From: an uncultured Candidatus Saccharibacteria bacterium
GTDB taxonomy: Bacteria > Patescibacteriota > Minisyncoccia > UBA6257 > UBA11618
Reading direction: 5' to 3'
NCBI GenBank assembly: GCA_964432405.1
Contig: CAYSNH010000001.1
Location: forward strand, 1-32,000
DNA: 32,000 bases
Part shown: piece by piece, positions 30,027-32,000 of the stretch
Layout of the letters: the number at the start of each line of letters is the position of its first letter
Position numbering within the stretch: the stretch's first letter is position 1
The notes under the pieces: generated by a model
The model's input: only the letters and a program-made list of their open reading frames with translations
What the model was told of the DNA's origin: nothing
Databases searched by the model: none
Made by a program: the position numbers and the translations under genes

Positions 30027-32000
30027 TTAAATATTCCAACTGTCTATTTTGTAACCGACAATGGCCTCCAACTCCTTTATCTCTTCTGTAAACAAATTCT
30101 TCAATCTTTGACGATCTAAGTCACTCAAACCATTAGCAACCTTTTTGTCCACCTTAGTATTAACAGCTAATATTTTTCCTGCTAAACCTTTCTTTTTAAT
30201 TAGCCACCAAAGCTTATGCATTCCTAATAAGCGCATCCCTTTAGAAATGCGAACAAACAATCTATCCAACCAAACCAATCTTGGCACTCTGCCCATATTT
30301 ACCTTCTTATTTAAAGAAGATGAAAGGAAGTCGTCATTCACACCAATAAATTGATAAATCTTTTTCATAAAAGCAGCTGGATCCTTTTTAATATCCTCAT
30401 GAATTAATATGAGAATATTATCTCTAGAAAAAAATCTTAGATAATTTTTTAAATGAGTAGCGTACATACCATTAATAACATACTCATCTCTCTCTACTAA
30501 AGCTTCTGCAAATGGGACTGAGGACTTCACCTTACCAGCCATAATATCATTTACATAATTAGAAAAAGCTCTCTCTACTGGATTTCTAAGTACCACTATC
30601 AACTTAGTGTCTGGATATTGCTGATGTATTCTTTGTGGAGTTTCTCTATCAGCTAAATATGAAGTTGAAAACTCTCCTATCTTTTGATCTTTTTTAGCAT
30701 CAGTAAAAATACCTTCATACCAACCATAACCCTTAGGCCAGTTTCTTTCTCTGCTAAAAAAATGAATCTCTTTTATTGGTGAATGAATTTCTGGATGCTC
30801 ATAAAGACAAGAGTAGATCCAAGAAGTTCCTGAACGCTGTGCGCCTAAACCAATAAAGTCTGGCCCTCTACCATCCCCGACCAAAGAAAAAAGATTATTA
30901 TAATTTTCAAGATATGAATGAGAAGAGAAAAAGGATTTTGCAAAATCCCTACCTCTTTCTCCTATAGCCCTTGTCTCTTCTGGTCGTCGAATCAACTCTA
31001 ATAAATTGGCTGACAAGGCATTAACATCTCTAGCCTCCACCAATAAACCTGTTTTCCGATGATCTATTAAATCAGGCACCCCACCAACTCTCGTACCAAC
31101 AACTGGCAAGCTGGTAGCCATTGCTTCAAACACTACCCTTCCTAAACCTTCAGACAGGGAAGGTAAGGTAAATATATCAGCTTGTGAAAATATACCAGCC
31201 AACTCTTCCTGACTGACCTCCCCCAAAAACTCAACACCATCAACAATATCTAGTTGGCTAATAAGATCTCTCAAACTTTTAACATACTGCTGATCATCCT
31301 CCCTGCCAACTATTAATAATTTAGCTTGAGGAAATTCATCCTTCACCTGCTTGAAAGCTTTGATCAAATACTCAACACCCTTGATTGGAGCAAGGGCGCC
31401 AGCAAAAACAATCTTTCCACTCATCTCCCTATCAACTCTCTCAACTTTTTCAAAAACATCCATATCAGTCCAGGCTGGGAATTTAACTATTGGCACATTA
31501 TTATTCCAGTTTTTTAATTGATCAACTGTTGCCTGAGAAACGCCTCTTAATGCATCAGCTCTCTTCAAAGAAAATCTTGCTAACCAATTGAATATTTTTT
31601 TATTAGACCTGCTGCCAGAAACTTTTTTCTGAATAAAGATAGAGTTTTCAAAGTCTCCGTGATTTTCAATAACAAGCTTGATCTTCTTATTACCAAAAAA
31701 ACTAGCGATAGTTTTGGTTAGAGCTCCAACAAACCCTTGATACGGATCTTGAGCAATAATTATATTAGCTTGATACTTTCTTACTAAACGAAGAGCAATA
31801 ATAGCCCCTATAGAAGAAAGCAAGAGGAATCTTAAGCCTCTGGATGGTAAGCGAGGTAAGAGATTGAATTGAGCATGGTTTTTAAAGCTCAAAAACTTTT
31901 TTTTATTAGAAAAGGCAACTACAAACACATCCCTTGAAGAAGATAAGAGTTCGAATTTCTTTTCTGTAGTTTTATTTAAAGGAAAATCATAAGTGGTAGT
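30027..32000 (-). CDS. Fusion protein: GT4 glycosyltransferase + C-terminal sulfotransferase (5' end beyond the window)
   Basis: GT4 block SEGLGRVVFEAMATSLPVVGTRVGGVPDLIDHRKTGLLV. From about nt 30880 downward there is a sulfotransferase with PDFIGLGAQRSGTSWIYSCL (5'-PSB) and LRNPVERAFSNY (3'-PB). The reading frame stays open from the GTG at 31928 to nt 32000 (TTTYDFPLNKTTEKKFELLSSSRD...), so the true start is off-window. Confidence 0.8.
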   Translation of the reverse strand, partial: TTTYDFPLNKTTEKKFELLSSSRDVFVVAFSNKKKFLSFKNHAQFNLLPRLPSRGLRFLLLSSIGAIIALRLVRKYQANIIIAQDPYQGFVGALTKTIASFFGNKKIKLVIENHGDFENSIFIQKKVSGSRSNKKIFNWLARFSLKRADALRGVSQATVDQLKNWNNNVPIVKFPAWTDMDVFEKVERVDREMSGKIVFAGALAPIKGVEYLIKAFKQVKDEFPQAKLLIVGREDDQQYVKSLRDLISQLDIVDGVEFLGEVSQEELAGIFSQADIFTLPSLSEGLGRVVFEAMATSLPVVGTRVGGVPDLIDHRKTGLLVEARDVNALSANLLELIRRPEETRAIGERGRDFAKSFFSSHSYLENYNNLFSLVGDGRGPDFIGLGAQRSGTSWIYSCLYEHPEIHSPIKEIHFFSRERNWPKGYGWYEGIFTDAKKDQKIGEFSTSYLADRETPQRIHQQYPDTKLIVVLRNPVERAFSNYVNDIMAGKVKSSVPFAEALVERDEYVINGMYATHLKNYLRFFSRDNILILIHEDIKKDPAAFMKKIYQFIGVNDDFLSSSLNKKVNMGRVPRLVWLDRLFVRISKGMRLLGMHKLWWLIKKKGLAGKILAVNTKVDKKVANGLSDLDRQRLKNLFTEEIKELEAIVGYKIDSWNI

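Noticed and set aside
720-31517. Short antisense or overlapping ORFs in the track (720-902, 2183-2365, 6882-7094, 7791-8015, 11560-11754, 12977-13183, 15312-15548, 19861-20121, 26531-26725, 26577-26798, 27171-27386, 27888-28157, 30145-30354, 31326-31517)
   Set aside because: Each is 60-89 aa and lies wholly inside or antisense to a long ORF with clear family motifs. Their composition is low-complexity or hydrophobic, as expected from AT-rich antisense frames, and they have no independent signals.
31926-31928. GTG at 31928 given as the start of the 633-aa ORF in the track
   Set aside because: The same frame has no stop between 31929 and the window edge at 32000 (24 further sense codons). The GT4 N-terminal Rossmann start is missing from the 633-aa version. 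The gene is therefore most likely 5'-truncated by the window.

Overview
AT-rich, very gene-dense bacterial window. Neighbouring genes often overlap by 4-40 nt. I saw no rRNA, tRNA, CRISPR array, transposase or integrase. Left edge (2-1585): three tandem paralogous cysteine-rich, membrane-anchored or secreted proteins with acidic low-complexity tails, closed by a clean rho-independent terminator. Next come housekeeping genes: a PduO-type cob(I)alamin adenosyltransferase, three tiny membrane proteins and a minimal TruB. From about 3.6 kb to the right edge the window is one roughly 28-kb surface-glycan locus in three blocks. (i) + strand 3639-12859: UGM-like flavoenzyme, GtrA, sulfotransferase, TylF-type methyltransferase, GT-C membrane glycosyltransferase, discoidin-domain secreted protein, a 631-aa polytopic protein, a small membrane protein and a Wzx-like flippase. 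(ii) - strand 12865-20789: KpsF/KdsD arabinose-5-P isomerase, a 701-aa fusion of an unassigned membrane-anchored domain to KdsB (CMP-Kdo synthetase), an AsnB-type amidotransferase, a 2OG-Fe(II) oxygenase-like protein and a Gfo/Idh/MocA::2-hydroxyacid dehydrogenase fusion. (iii) - strand 21701 to beyond 32000: a GT4::sulfotransferase fusion (5' end off-window), a GT, a CE4 deacetylase, a double-GT4 fusion, a second AsnB and two tandem GT4 paralogs that share a perfect 331-bp repeat. A lone + strand GT8-like gene (20893-21747) separates blocks ii and iii. The minimal TruB, tiny membrane proteins, leaderless-type promoters and weak Shine-Dalgarno signals suggest a small-genome uncultivated lineage such as CPR/Patescibacteria; this is inference only. 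Best candidate for something undescribed: the Kdo-type ulosonic-acid activation/modification module (block ii), sitting in a locus that can also sulfate, amidate, methylate and deacetylate a glycan, with no LPS core or lipid A genes in view. The cysteine-rich protein trio is the second candidate.
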